Assembly (NCBI GenBank): GCA_963708295.1
Contig: CAVPSJ010000004.1
Coordinates: forward strand, 896,001-960,000
Source of the DNA: an uncultured delta proteobacterium
GTDB lineage: Bacteria; Desulfobacterota; BSN033; UBA1163
Length of the DNA stretch: 64,000 nt
Direction of reading: 5' to 3'
Positions within the stretch are counted from its first letter, which is position 1; the number at the start of each line of letters is the position of its first letter. The position numbers and the translations under genes are program-made. Positions 10,490-20,289 of this stretch are shown piece by piece. The notes beneath the pieces were generated by a model. It was given only the letters and a program-made list of their open reading frames with translations, had not been told where the DNA came from and made no database searches.

Positions 10490-11732
10490 TTATTTACATC
10501 TCGCATTTCCGGTCTGTGACGGTGGCACGGTGATCTCTTCTTCCGGAATAACGACCGGTTTGCCCGTATAGGGGAATGAGAAAAATTCATTATCTTTTAC
10601 GATAAGCGCCGCCTTGTAGGGGGTAATGATCTGGTGGTCGCAAGCCCTCATGGTTACTTTGCCCCATGGCATATTGTAGCTCGCCCCTTCCCAGGCTTGA
10701 ATCAGTTTCGCCGAATCGGTGCTTCCGGCCCTCTTGATCGCATCAAACATCCATTGCATGCCATAATAGTAATCGTTCACGCCAAAAACCGGGCTATAAA
10801 AGACTTTATCCAGATCCTTGTTCTTTTCCTGAAAGTCTTTAACAAACTTCTTTTGGATCGGGTTACCGAGGTCAATGAGGCTATGATGAATGACCAGATG
10901 ACCCAGGCCCGCTTCTTTTACGTCCTGCATAATGACCGGGTCAAACAAATAGCCTCCTCCGGTTACCGCTTTGCAGCCGAGCTGGCCTTCGGTCTTGATC
11001 AGGTTCCCTAAGTCCGGGCCGAAGTTGGTCGTTAAAATCACCTCTGCGCCGGAGGCGATGACCTTGCTGATATAGGGGGCGAAATCCTTCAAGGCAACGG
11101 GATGGTAGTCTTCTCCGACAAGCTGCGAGCCGGGAATTTTCTTCAAGTTTTGTTTGAATCCCTCGCCCGCTTCGCGGCCCAGTGAGGCATCCTGACAAAG
11201 GATATAGAATTTTTTAAATTTGCTGTACTTAGCAAAATAGGCAATCGTGGCGGCGGTTCGCTGGCCTGTGGTGGGGGTGGTTCTGAACACATAAGGGTTG
11301 AACTCGCTTCCGGTGATGCTTGCCGCTTCGGAGTTCGGGTTGACCGCAACCACTTTATATTTTTCAGCCGCCTTCATCATGGCTAAAAAGACATGACTTC
11401 CGAGACAACCGATCAGGACATCCGCTTTATCCTCGAGGATCAGTTTGGTCGCTTTCCTTACCGCCACATCGGGCTTAAAAGAGCTATCTTCTACGACCAG
11501 CGTCAATCTGCTTGCCAAGGAGTCCTCCCTTTGCATTGATTTCATCCACGGCGTATTTGGCGCCGAGTTGAAAACGGTCCCCAGAGGCCTTAAACGGGCC
11601 GGATATGGCATCGACCATTCCAATCACGATTTTGTCGTTGTCGGCCCTGGCCGGAACTTCCCAGGAAATCATTAACGTAGAAATGAATAAACCGGATAAC
11701 ACGGTGAGACCCAATATCTTCATTTTCCGCAT
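10490..11732 (-). CDS. Branched-chain amino acid-type ABC substrate-binding protein, frameshift near 11500
   Basis: The N-terminus (signal peptide, IVIGMVDAISGPF..G..AVDEINAKGGLLGKQI) in ORF 11484-11732 joins ORF 10490-11623 (VEDS, MRACDHQ). Confidence 0.85.
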
Positions 11733-11810
11733 GTTAAAACCTCCTTTGACGAATATCGAAATGACTGTGGTGATTTATCTACTTCAGCCGGTTTTCTCTT
11801 TTCACCTCCT

Positions 11811-12518
11811 TTAGACCTCAAGATATTTCTGGCGAATTTCATGGGCATCTTGTACTTCGCCCGCAGTCCCTTGAAAGACGATGGTCCCCTTGCTCATGAC
11901 ATAAAATCTGCCCGCGATCTTAAGGGCGACCTTCATGTTCTGTTCCACAAGGAGAATCGCCGTTCCAAGGTTATGGATGTCCAGGATCACCTTTTTCACC
12001 GTTTCCACAATTTTTGGGCCAAGACCTTCTGTGGGCTCATCTAGAAGCAGGATACGGGGGTTTCCCATGAGCGCCCTTGCCATGGTCAGCATTTGTTGCT
12101 CCCCGCCTGAGAGAAAGGCTCCTTTCTGCCGGTCGCGATTCTTTAACCCCGGGAAATAGTCGTAGACTTTTTCGATGGTCCAGCTTTCTTTGTCTTTTTT
12201 CTGCCGGGGTTTGATGCCGATCACGAGATTTTCCCTCACAGTCAGCCTCGGAAAGATTCTTCTCTCCTCGGGCACGTACCCCACGCCGTGATTGGCAATT
12301 TCATAAGGAGGCCATCCCGATATTTTTATCCCGTTAAAAAGAATGGACCCAGAGCGGGGGATAACCAAGCCGATGATCGATCTGAGGGTGGTGGTCTTGC
12401 CCACGCCGTTTCTTCCGAGGAGACAGACAATTTCTCCTGCGTCCGCAGTCAGGCTGATCCCCTGGAGCATATGGCTCTCTCCATAATAAGTGTCAAGATC
12501 GCTGATCTCTAAAAGCAT
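11811..12518 (-). CDS. livF: ABC transporter ATP-binding protein (LivF)
   Basis: GRNGVGKTT, LSGGEQQM, LLLDEP, LVEQN. Confidence 0.92.
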   Translation of the reverse strand: MLLEISDLDTYYGESHMLQGISLTADAGEIVCLLGRNGVGKTTTLRSIIGLVIPRSGSILFNGIKISGWPPYEIANHGVGYVPEERRIFPRLTVRENLVIGIKPRQKKDKESWTIEKVYDYFPGLKNRDRQKGAFLSGGEQQMLTMARALMGNPRILLLDEPTEGLGPKIVETVKKVILDIHNLGTAILLVEQNMKVALKIAGRFYVMSKGTIVFQGTAGEVQDAHEIRQKYLEV

Positions 12519-12521
12519 CGA

Positions 12522-13268
12522 TCATTCTTCCTCTTGGCCCAGATAAGCATCTTTCACTTGCGGATCATTCCGAATCTGCTCAGGGGAGCCTGAGGCCAGG
12601 ACTTTGCCGTAATAGATGACCGTGATCCGATTGGCGAGCCTGAAGACCACATCCATATCATGCTCAACGATGACGAGAGTTTTCCCTTCGGTCACCCTCC
12701 CGATGAGTTCAACCATCTCCGTGGTCTCGCCTTTAGACATTCCAGCGGTCGGCTCATCCAAAAGGATCAGGTCCGGGTCCATTGAAATGGTCAGGGCGAT
12801 CTCCAGGGCGCGCTGATGACCGTAAGAAAGTTCTCCCGCGATCTCATCTCTTTTCGCGGCCAGGCCGACCAGAGACATCACTCTCTCTGTCTCTTCCAGG
12901 ACGCCATCTATTTTTGAAAGAGTTGAGAAAAGGTTGTAATGGACCTTCCTTTTCGACAGGATGGCATTACGAATATTCTCAAAGACCGTCATGCTGCGGA
13001 AGATATTCGTGATCTGGAATGAACGGGCAACGCCTAAATGCGAGATTTTATGAGGAGGAAGACCCGTGATGTCTTTATCTTTAAATAAGATTTTTCCCCG
13101 GGTGGGGATATACTTGCCTGTGATGAGATTAAAAAGGGTTGATTTGCCGGCCCCATTCGGACCGATGACTGCATGTCTTTCTCCTTGTTCTATCGCCAGG
13201 TCGATTCCAAAAATCACCTTCAGTCCGCTGAAATCTTTTTGTAAACCCTGAATATCGAGAATCGCCAT
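12522..13268 (-). CDS. livG: ABC transporter ATP-binding protein (LivG)
   Basis: GPNGAGKST, LSYGHQR, LLDEPTAG, VEHDM, AYLG. Confidence 0.92.
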   Translation of the reverse strand: MAILDIQGLQKDFSGLKVIFGIDLAIEQGERHAVIGPNGAGKSTLFNLITGKYIPTRGKILFKDKDITGLPPHKISHLGVARSFQITNIFRSMTVFENIRNAILSKRKVHYNLFSTLSKIDGVLEETERVMSLVGLAAKRDEIAGELSYGHQRALEIALTISMDPDLILLDEPTAGMSKGETTEMVELIGRVTEGKTLVIVEHDMDVVFRLANRITVIYYGKVLASGSPEQIRNDPQVKDAYLGQEEE

Positions 13269-13274
13269 AATTTT

Positions 13275-14249
13275 TTACTGATTCTTTACAGAGACGAAGA
13301 TCGATTTCAATTTTTTCGGAATCAATCCGACGGCTCCTCGATGGAAATAGAGAACCAGGATGATAAAAAAGGCTCCCAGGATGAATTCCCATCGATCCGT
13401 CAAGTGACTGATCCAATCGGTAAAGTAGACGAAAATACCCGCTCCCAGTGCGGGTCCCAGAAAGGATCCTGTCCCTCCGAGGATGGCCATCATGATGACT
13501 TGGGTTGCCATCGCCAGGTCTACGGAGCTTGTAGCTACGAAATCCTGGAACAGGGCATAGAGGCTTCCTGCGATACCCGCGGAGAATGCCGCCATCGTAA
13601 AGACCAAAAGTTTCGAAAAATTGACGTTGTACCCGAGAAATTCAGGGCGGTCTTCATTGACCTTGATCGCCCGGATGGTGTTGCCGAAAGGCGTCCTTAA
13701 AAGATACCAGATCAGAAAAAGGAAAAACATGACGATGATGGCTGAAAGGCAATAGACCGTGCCCGCGTTCGACAGGTTGAGCGTCACGATTCCTAATTTC
13801 ATACTCTTGGGGACGAATCCCCCTATCCCGTCATCCCCGCCGGTCATGCTGCGCCATTTCCATGCGAGGGCCCAGACCAGCTGATTGAAAGCCATTGTCA
13901 ATAAGACAAAGTAGCTCGCCTTGCGCCTGACGCAGAAGAAACCGATGATCACCCCGCCGACCGCCGCTGCGATTCCCGACGTCAGGATCGCCAGGAGCAG
14001 AGGCATTCCGACGATACGTTTCAGGAGGATCGCCGTGGTATAGGCGCCGATCCCAAAATAGGCGGCATGGCCACAGGAGAGGAGGCCGGCATATCCAAAC
14101 AAGAGATTGAAACTGACTGCAAAGAGGGAGAAGTAAATGGCTTCGTTCAGTATCCGGATTTGGACAATCTTCAAAAAGACGGGGGCGAGCAGGATAAGAA
14201 GAATCGTCCCGATGAGAAGAACCCATTGGCGAAACGTTATTTCTTTCAC
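13275..14249 (-). CDS. livM: ABC transporter permease (LivM)
   Basis: GYAGLLSCGHAAYFGIGAY, TGGDDG, GGTGSFLGP; hydrophobic. Confidence 0.92.
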   Translation of the reverse strand: MKEITFRQWVLLIGTILLILLAPVFLKIVQIRILNEAIYFSLFAVSFNLLFGYAGLLSCGHAAYFGIGAYTTAILLKRIVGMPLLLAILTSGIAAAVGGVIIGFFCVRRKASYFVLLTMAFNQLVWALAWKWRSMTGGDDGIGGFVPKSMKLGIVTLNLSNAGTVYCLSAIIVMFFLFLIWYLLRTPFGNTIRAIKVNEDRPEFLGYNVNFSKLLVFTMAAFSAGIAGSLYALFQDFVATSSVDLAMATQVIMMAILGGTGSFLGPALGAGIFVYFTDWISHLTDRWEFILGAFFIILVLYFHRGAVGLIPKKLKSIFVSVKNQ

Positions 14250-15118
14250 ACCTTTTCTCCGAAAAGTCCGGCAGGCCTGATCATCAGAACGACGGCCATA
14301 AGAAGAAATTGGAAGACAAGGGCAAGCTGGGGAATGAACAGGACGCCGAAAGATTGAAGCTCGCCGATCATCAGGGACGCCACAAACGTCCCCCCAAGGC
14401 TTCCCAATCCCCCAACCACCACGACAACGAAAAGGTCGGCCAGCATGTCAATTCCCATTGCCGGATGGGTGCTCAGAAAAGGCCCTGCAACAACCCCTGC
14501 CAAACCAGCCAGCGCGGCTCCCCCTGAAAAGACATACAGAAAAAGTCTGGAAACATTAATGCCGAGACAATTGACCATATCCGCATCGGATACGGCGGCC
14601 CGAATGGCAATGCCGACACGGGTCTTCATGAAAATATACAAGAGAACAAACAAGGCAACGAAGGAAATCAGAAGAACGAATAACCGGTAATCCGGATAGG
14701 TCAGCCCGGTGATGCGGACCGATCCTGAAAGGGCAGGAGGAATCCTTGAAGGCAGGGTGAAATTTCCCCATATCCATTTCACGACTTCTCCGATGACGAA
14801 GAAAATTCCAAGCGTAATGAGAAGCTCATAGGCATGGCCGAAGGCATGGACCTTCTTGAGAAAAAACCGCTCGACCAGGGCCCCGAGAAGACCGACGACG
14901 ATCGGAGCGATGACCAAAGCGAGCCAGAAATTGCCGGTCTTCACAAACACGGTGTACCCCACATAGGCTCCCACCATATAGAAGCCGGTGTGGGCGATGT
15001 TGAGCACTCCCATCATTCCGAAGACCAGACTGAAACCCGAGGCGACAAAGAATAACAACATTCCGTAAACTAGCCCGTGAAGGGCTTGAATGACAAAGAT
15101 TGGAAGCATTGATCCCAT
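14246..15118 (-). CDS. livH: ABC transporter permease (LivH)
   Basis: ASGFSLVFGMMGVLNIAH, VVVVGGLGS, RPAGLFG. Confidence 0.92.
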   Translation of the reverse strand: MGSMLPIFVIQALHGLVYGMLLFFVASGFSLVFGMMGVLNIAHTGFYMVGAYVGYTVFVKTGNFWLALVIAPIVVGLLGALVERFFLKKVHAFGHAYELLITLGIFFVIGEVVKWIWGNFTLPSRIPPALSGSVRITGLTYPDYRLFVLLISFVALFVLLYIFMKTRVGIAIRAAVSDADMVNCLGINVSRLFLYVFSGGAALAGLAGVVAGPFLSTHPAMGIDMLADLFVVVVVGGLGSLGGTFVASLMIGELQSFGVLFIPQLALVFQFLLMAVVLMIRPAGLFGEKV

Positions 15119-15276
15119 GAGAGACCCCCCATCAGGTGAGCTGATTTTTCCTTCTTCACTCGGGCGATTTCCGAGATGGTCCCTGTCTAGACAAACGTCG
15201 TATCCGTTTTAAATTTCTTTTTCTGTGAGTCGATCCCATTGCCTCCTTCGGCGGCAGGCAGGGGTCTCTCAATCCA

Positions 15277-16083
15277 TCATGAAGTTCTATTCCTCCAATG
15301 ATTATCTTTCCCCATCGATTCTGGATGGAAAAGTTGAGCTTCAATTTCGGAGGCCGCCTTTCTCAGCTCGGCCACGATGGGTGATTTAACTTCGCACTTG
15401 ATCCTTGGCGAAGGCCCTATGACGACCACGGAACCTGCAGGTTCATTCTTATGATTGAATATGGGTACACCGATGGCGTTGATGCCGATGTCAATTTCTT
15501 CCCGGCAAAAACCGACTCCTTGTTTTTTTATCTTTTCGATATGTCTTCTGAATTTCTCGGGATCGGTAATGGTCTTGTGTGTGAGACGGGCCAATTTATT
15601 TTTCAGAATATCGTCCACCACCTCTTGCTTGGAATATGCCAGGATGGTTTTCGTGCCGGCTCCTGCATGAGTGGCAACTCTGCCACCGATATGCCCCCGG
15701 ATGCTGGAAGCCTTGGCCCCTTGAACAACATAGGTAATAATTCCCTTGCCGCCCGAAACCATTTCAATTACCACGGTCTCTCCCAGTTTTTTCCCGAGCT
15801 CTCCCAGCACCGGCATGGCAACGTTGGTTAACCCCTCGCTGACAGATTCCATGGCGGTTTGTCCCAATGAAAAAATGGAGAGGCCGAGCCTGAATTTGCG
15901 TGTGAGCGGGTTCTGCTGAAGAAACCCCTTTCGGGTCAGGATTTGAATCGTCCGGCTCACGGTGGCCACATGGAAGCCTGTGATCCGGTTCAGGTCGGTT
16001 GTCCCCAGTTCAAGATTCGTGGGACTGAAGGTCATGAGGATTTCCAGCGCCTTTTCTACTGCATTCGGTTTATTCGGAGCCAT
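15277..16083 (-). CDS. IclR family transcriptional regulator
   Basis: N-terminal AVEKALEIL..ATVSR HTH; C-terminal effector domain with EEIDIGINAIGVPIF. Confidence 0.92.
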   Translation of the reverse strand: MAPNKPNAVEKALEILMTFSPTNLELGTTDLNRITGFHVATVSRTIQILTRKGFLQQNPLTRKFRLGLSIFSLGQTAMESVSEGLTNVAMPVLGELGKKLGETVVIEMVSGGKGIITYVVQGAKASSIRGHIGGRVATHAGAGTKTILAYSKQEVVDDILKNKLARLTHKTITDPEKFRRHIEKIKKQGVGFCREEIDIGINAIGVPIFNHKNEPAGSVVVIGPSPRIKCEVKSPIVAELRKAASEIEAQLFHPESMGKDNHWRNRTS

Positions 16084-16090
16084 CGAATTG

Positions 16091-16125
16091 TTACATTATG
16101 AAATATGTTTTTGTATTCTGAAATA
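16091..16125. promoter_or_regulatory. Tandem operator-like boxes upstream of iclR
   Basis: TTACATTATGAAATA (16091) and TTGTATTCTGAAATA (16111), 20 bp apart. The same arrangement recurs at 17438/17458. Confidence 0.6.
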
Positions 16126-16220
16126 TTGCTTGCCAAGGGAAGAATGCCCGTCAAGAAATGATCGTCGATCGCTGTACCGGTGGTAATCGACAGTTGAGTT
16201 TCTCCTGGCCCCTTCCTTCA

Positions 16221-17333
16221 TCAGACTTTCAATAATCGTTCTGCATTGAGATGATAAAGTTTTTCCTTGTCCGAGTCGCTGATCGGCGTCCTCTCAACGT
16301 CTGCAACCGCCTCCTTCATCCCCGCATAGGGATAATCAGCGGCGAAAAGAACGTGATCGGCCCCCATCGCGCTGATAGCGCAGATCAACGCCTCCGGCCT
16401 ATATCGGCCGCTCGTCGTGACGTAGATATTCTCTCTGACATATTCCGAAAGCTTTCTATTCAGGGTCCTGGGCTTATACGCCATGACATACCCTTCGTCC
16501 AGGCGGTCGAGCAGGAACGGAAGCGTTTCGCCCAGATGCCCGAGGATGAGGCGCGACTTCGGGAAGGCGTCGAACACGCCTCCTCCGACGATGCGCAGGG
16601 CGTGTGTGGCAGTCTCGGCGACCCAACTCCAGACGGGCCCCATCAGTTCGGAGTGTCCTTCATAGATTTTTCTTCCCTCCGGCGACGGCTCGGCGACGTG
16701 GAGGTAGATCGGGACGTCAAGGGCCTCGGCGCGCTCCCAGATCACCCAGAATTTCTTCTCGTCGAGATACTCCCAGTTCGTGTGCCCCTGGATCATCGTC
16801 CCCTTGAATCCGAGCTGTTTGACACACCGTTCGAGTTCATCGGCGGCCGCTTTCGGGTCCTGCGTCGGCAAATTGGCCCACCCTGCGAATCGGCCCGCGT
16901 ACTTCTGAATGATCTCCGCCTGCTGGTCATTAAACCGCTTTGCTGTGGCCACAGAGACGCCGGCGTCGTTGACTCCCTGGAACCCCGGAGAACTGCACGC
17001 GATCACCTGCATGCCGATGCCGAGATTATCCATAAGGGGAAGGCGGATTTTCTCAAAATCGACGAGGCCCGCCCCTGCGTGCGGAACCGCCTTCATATTG
17101 ACCGATGAAGGTGTGTTTTTCGTCTTCGCCCATTCGAGATTCAAACCCACGATCTCCGAGTTGCGCCAATGCTCTTCAATGCAGATCTTCTTCATCCCCG
17201 TTCCCTTGGCGCTGGCAGCCGTCTGGGCGACAGCCTCCCCTTTCCGGAGGCCTGCCTGCACGCCCGCCGTGACCGCCAGAGCTCCAAGGGCGGTCTTCCC
17301 GAGAAATTCTCTTCTTCCCATTTTTTTTCCCAT
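16221..17333 (-). CDS. Amidohydrolase_2 family protein (gamma-resorcylate/2,3-dihydroxybenzoate decarboxylase-like) with twin-arginine signal
   Basis: KICIEEH, PIYLH, ILGHLGETLPF, ADYPY; N-terminal GRREFLGK plus hydrophobic stretch. Confidence 0.85.
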   Translation of the reverse strand: MGKKMGRREFLGKTALGALAVTAGVQAGLRKGEAVAQTAASAKGTGMKKICIEEHWRNSEIVGLNLEWAKTKNTPSSVNMKAVPHAGAGLVDFEKIRLPLMDNLGIGMQVIACSSPGFQGVNDAGVSVATAKRFNDQQAEIIQKYAGRFAGWANLPTQDPKAAADELERCVKQLGFKGTMIQGHTNWEYLDEKKFWVIWERAEALDVPIYLHVAEPSPEGRKIYEGHSELMGPVWSWVAETATHALRIVGGGVFDAFPKSRLILGHLGETLPFLLDRLDEGYVMAYKPRTLNRKLSEYVRENIYVTTSGRYRPEALICAISAMGADHVLFAADYPYAGMKEAVADVERTPISDSDKEKLYHLNAERLLKV

Positions 17334-17437
17334 GTTGGCTCCCTCTCTATCTTTGGGTATTTAATTCCCGGATTTAGCTTTGACAATTTAAAATGAATCC
17401 TTCGCTATTGGAAATAATTCGAAGTATCCTTATATTA

Positions 17438-17509
17438 TCACATCATGAAATATTGTATTGCATTATGAGATAACCATTGGATTATGAAGCAACTGCATTT
17501 TATTGTCAA
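17438..17509 (-). promoter_or_regulatory. Sigma70 promoter of the minus-strand catabolic run, with adjacent operator boxes
   Basis: TTGACA (17509-17504)-N17-CATAAT (17486-17481). Boxes TCACATCATGAAATA (17438), TTGCATTATGAGATA (17458), TTGGATTATGAAGCA (17477). Confidence 0.65.
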
Positions 17510-17698
17510 GAAAAACATTTGGTCGCTCTGAGGAAAGACGCTCCTTAATTTAGAAGCGCTTTTCTCAGTTATGGATCGTTAACACCATTTTCTTCCGTCC
17601 AAAGTCAACTCATTCAACATTTTCTTTCCCTCCAACCCTTCCTGATGATAGGAGTTATCTAACAGTTATAAGAAAGTGTCTATGGACGAGTACATGCA

Positions 17699-17727
17699 TT
17701 GACAATTACACCCTGGACTTGTATATT
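17699..17727 (+). promoter_or_regulatory. Sigma70 promoter for the Bug/TctC gene
   Basis: TTGACA-N17-TATATT. Confidence 0.55.
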
Positions 17728-17806
17728 CGATACACAGAGCGAGACGGAAGCACTGCCGACGGGGACGGTCTAACGATTGGAGTCCCGGGCAACAGGAGGA
17801 GTTGAA

Positions 17807-18791
17807 ATGAAAAAAGAACATCGGGTTTTATTTTTGGGTTGTGTCTTGACCGCATTGGCACTGTTCTCACGGAGTCCCTCCCATTCAGGCAGAGACCTAT
17901 CCTGACGCATACCATTCAAGTCGTCATCCCGGGGGCACCTGGAGATGCTGTAGACCTGGCCGGAAGGGTCGCCATCGAAGAGCTGGAAAAGATTCTCAAA
18001 GTTCCGGTCGTTGTGATCAATAAGCCGGGCGGAGGCGCCTCCGTGGGCACAGACTTTGTGGCCAAGGCAAAGAAAGATGGCTATACGCTCCTTTACAGTA
18101 TGTCATCGGGTTTAGTTTACAATCCGGCTTTTAATCCGGAGGAGACCCCATACAATACCCTTCGGGATTTCGATCCTCTGGCCCTTCACGTCACCTTCCC
18201 GGATGGCATCTGGGTACAGACCGAGGCCCCGTGGAAGAATTTTGCCGAGGTGATCGATTACTCCAAGAAGAATCCCGGGAAATTTCGTTGCGGAACGCTG
18301 GGCGTAGGTTCCATCAACCATTTCAGAATCGAGATTCGTGAAAGCGGTGACCGGCGCCGATATTACGATGATCCCCTTTAAAGGAGCCATGCCCGCTCTC
18401 ACGGCTCTCTTGGGAGGCCATACCGAGTCCTCGTTTACGGCGGTCGCCATTACCTACCCGCATTATAAATCGGGCAAGGTAAGACCCGTGCTGCTCGACC
18501 AGAAGGTGGCTGACCTTCCCGGAGGACTTACGCTGCAGGAGATGGGCTACAAGCGCGGTCTCCCGTTGACCTTTTTTGCGTTCCTTGCGCCCGCTGGAAT
18601 TCCCGAAGAGGCAAAGAAAGGTTCTGGTTCCGGCCATAGAGAAAGCGGCAAACAATCCGGAGGTCATCGCCAAATTGAAGAACATGCGGATTATCCCCAA
18701 CTATAAGCCGCCCGAAGAACTGAAACAGATGATCAGCGAAGATTATGAAAATGCGCGGCAGGTCGTCAAACAGATGAGATTAACCAAGTAA
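17807..18791 (+). CDS. Tripartite tricarboxylate transporter substrate-binding protein (Bug/TctC), about 3 frameshifts
   Basis: SD AGGAGG and ATG at 17807. YP..IQVVIPGAPG..D, VVINKPGGG, KDGYTLL, IPFKG..AL.ALLGG, APAGIP are spread over three ORFs. Confidence 0.85.
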
Positions 18792-18831
18792 AAACAATTT
18801 TTCTTTCGGAATCTTTTCCTCCGACCCCAAT

Positions 18832-18871
18832 GCGGGGAGTTCGCTTCTGAAGCGGGCTCCCCGCTTTCTTT
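18832..18871 (+). terminator. Rho-independent terminator
   Basis: GCGGGGAGTTCGCTTC/GAAGCGGGCTCCCCGC stem followed by TTTCTTT. Confidence 0.75.
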
Positions 18872-18984
18872 ACGAAGCCGCTTTCTTCTCCCGGTTCTTC
18901 CGGCCGCGGCCGGACAAATCTTCTCCGGGGCTTCTTCAGGCCCGCGTTCAGGCCATTGGATGAGGGCCGTTCGGCATAAAGAAG

Positions 18985-19037
18985 TTGACAGACCGCGCAG
19001 AATTCGCTATGTTTGTATGCAAATATTTTGTATACAA
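18985..19037 (+). promoter_or_regulatory. marR promoter with two palindromic operator-like boxes
   Basis: TTGACA-N17-TATGTT, followed by TTTGTATGCAAA and TTGTATACAA. Confidence 0.6.
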
Positions 19038-19061
19038 TGTTTTTGACCCTAAGGAAGATCG

Positions 19062-19541
19062 ATGCCTGATCCGGTCAGTCGAGCGGTTGCGATTTCTGAG
19101 ACCATGCAGTCTCTTCGAAGGATCTTTAAGGCGTTACAAAACTATTCTCATGAAGTCTCTCACCGGTATGGAATCACCGGCCCCCAGCTTTGGGTGCTCA
19201 AAACGGTTTTGAAAAACGGAGGGCTCCCGCTGGGTGAGTTGAGCCAGAAAATGTATCTGCATCCCAGCACGATCACGGGTGTCGTCGATCGTCTGGAGAA
19301 GAAAGGATATGTGTCGAGGGACAGAGACCACGAAGACAGAAGAGTGGTCATGGTTCAATTGACACCCAAGGGAAGGAGGCTGGTCAAGAGGGCGCCGAAT
19401 CCCGTTCAAGGGAAGATGATCCACGGCTTAAGGCAGATGAGAAAGGAAAAGCTCGAATCCATCTATGAGGCGGTCCAGACACTGGTTGAGATTATGGAGG
19501 CCCAAAACCTGAGGGTGACCTTCTTTTTTGATCAGGAGTAA
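19062..19541 (+). CDS. MarR family transcriptional regulator
   Basis: GITGPQLWVL, STITGVVDRLEKKGYV, DRR..LT.KG. Confidence 0.92.
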   Translation: MPDPVSRAVAISETMQSLRRIFKALQNYSHEVSHRYGITGPQLWVLKTVLKNGGLPLGELSQKMYLHPSTITGVVDRLEKKGYVSRDRDHEDRRVVMVQLTPKGRRLVKRAPNPVQGKMIHGLRQMRKEKLESIYEAVQTLVEIMEAQNLRVTFFFDQE

Positions 19542-19602
19542 GGGGAGGGGCAAGCGTTCATTTTCAAGAGGGGTGGATATCCAAATCGCTTATTAAAGGA
19601 GG

Positions 19603-20226
19603 ATGATCATGATGAAGAAAAGTTTTCCTGTTTTGATTTTTGTCCTGTGCCTTGGGCTGTTGCTGACGGGATGTCCCAAGAAGAAGGTCGCTGTGGGTAG
19701 AGACCAGTCCTCCGTCCAGAGCTCGGAAGAAGCCGCCCGGCTGCAGCGAGAACGAGAAGCAAGAGAGGCGAAAGAACGAGAATTAGCAAAACTCAGGGAA
19801 GAAGATCTTAATAAACCGGCAGGAGGCGACCTGGAAAAGACCCTGGTCGTCAAGAAAGAACCCGGGATCGAAGGGGAGGTCTTCGAAAGTCGACTGCTCA
19901 AAGACATCCATTTTGACTTTGACAAGTACGACATCCGCCGGGCCGATGAGGCAATCCTAAAAGAAAATGCAGTTTTCTTGAAAAATAATCCTAAAATGAA
20001 AGTCCAGATTGAAGGACATTGTGATGAAAGAGGAACCGTCGAGTACAATCTCGCTCTCGGGGAAAGAAGGGCCAACAATACGAAAAAATTTCTTGTCACC
20101 CTCGGTATTCCTTCAGATCGTATTTCTGCGATCAGTTATGGTAAAGAGAAACCTTTGGAGAAGGGTCACGATGAGGAAGCCTGGGCGAGGAACCGAAGAG
20201 CTCACATCGTCGTGTTATCCAAATAA
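19603..20226 (+). CDS. pal: Peptidoglycan-associated lipoprotein
   Basis: Lipobox LLTGC; IHFDFD, IEGHCDERGTVEYNLALGERRA, SYGKEKP, NRRA. Confidence 0.95.
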   Translation: MIMMKKSFPVLIFVLCLGLLLTGCPKKKVAVGRDQSSVQSSEEAARLQREREAREAKERELAKLREEDLNKPAGGDLEKTLVVKKEPGIEGEVFESRLLKDIHFDFDKYDIRRADEAILKENAVFLKNNPKMKVQIEGHCDERGTVEYNLALGERRANNTKKFLVTLGIPSDRISAISYGKEKPLEKGHDEEAWARNRRAHIVVLSK

Positions 20227-20289
20227 GTCCAGCGGACCGATCCTCGGGGAGCTGGCTCTTCCCGAGGATCCGCGCGGAAGGAGGGAAAG

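Noticed and set aside
1714-18600. Programmed frameshifting or selenocysteine recoding as the cause of the split genes
   Set aside because: The breaks are frame changes in families not known for recoding, with no shared slippery motif or in-frame TGA at catalytic positions.
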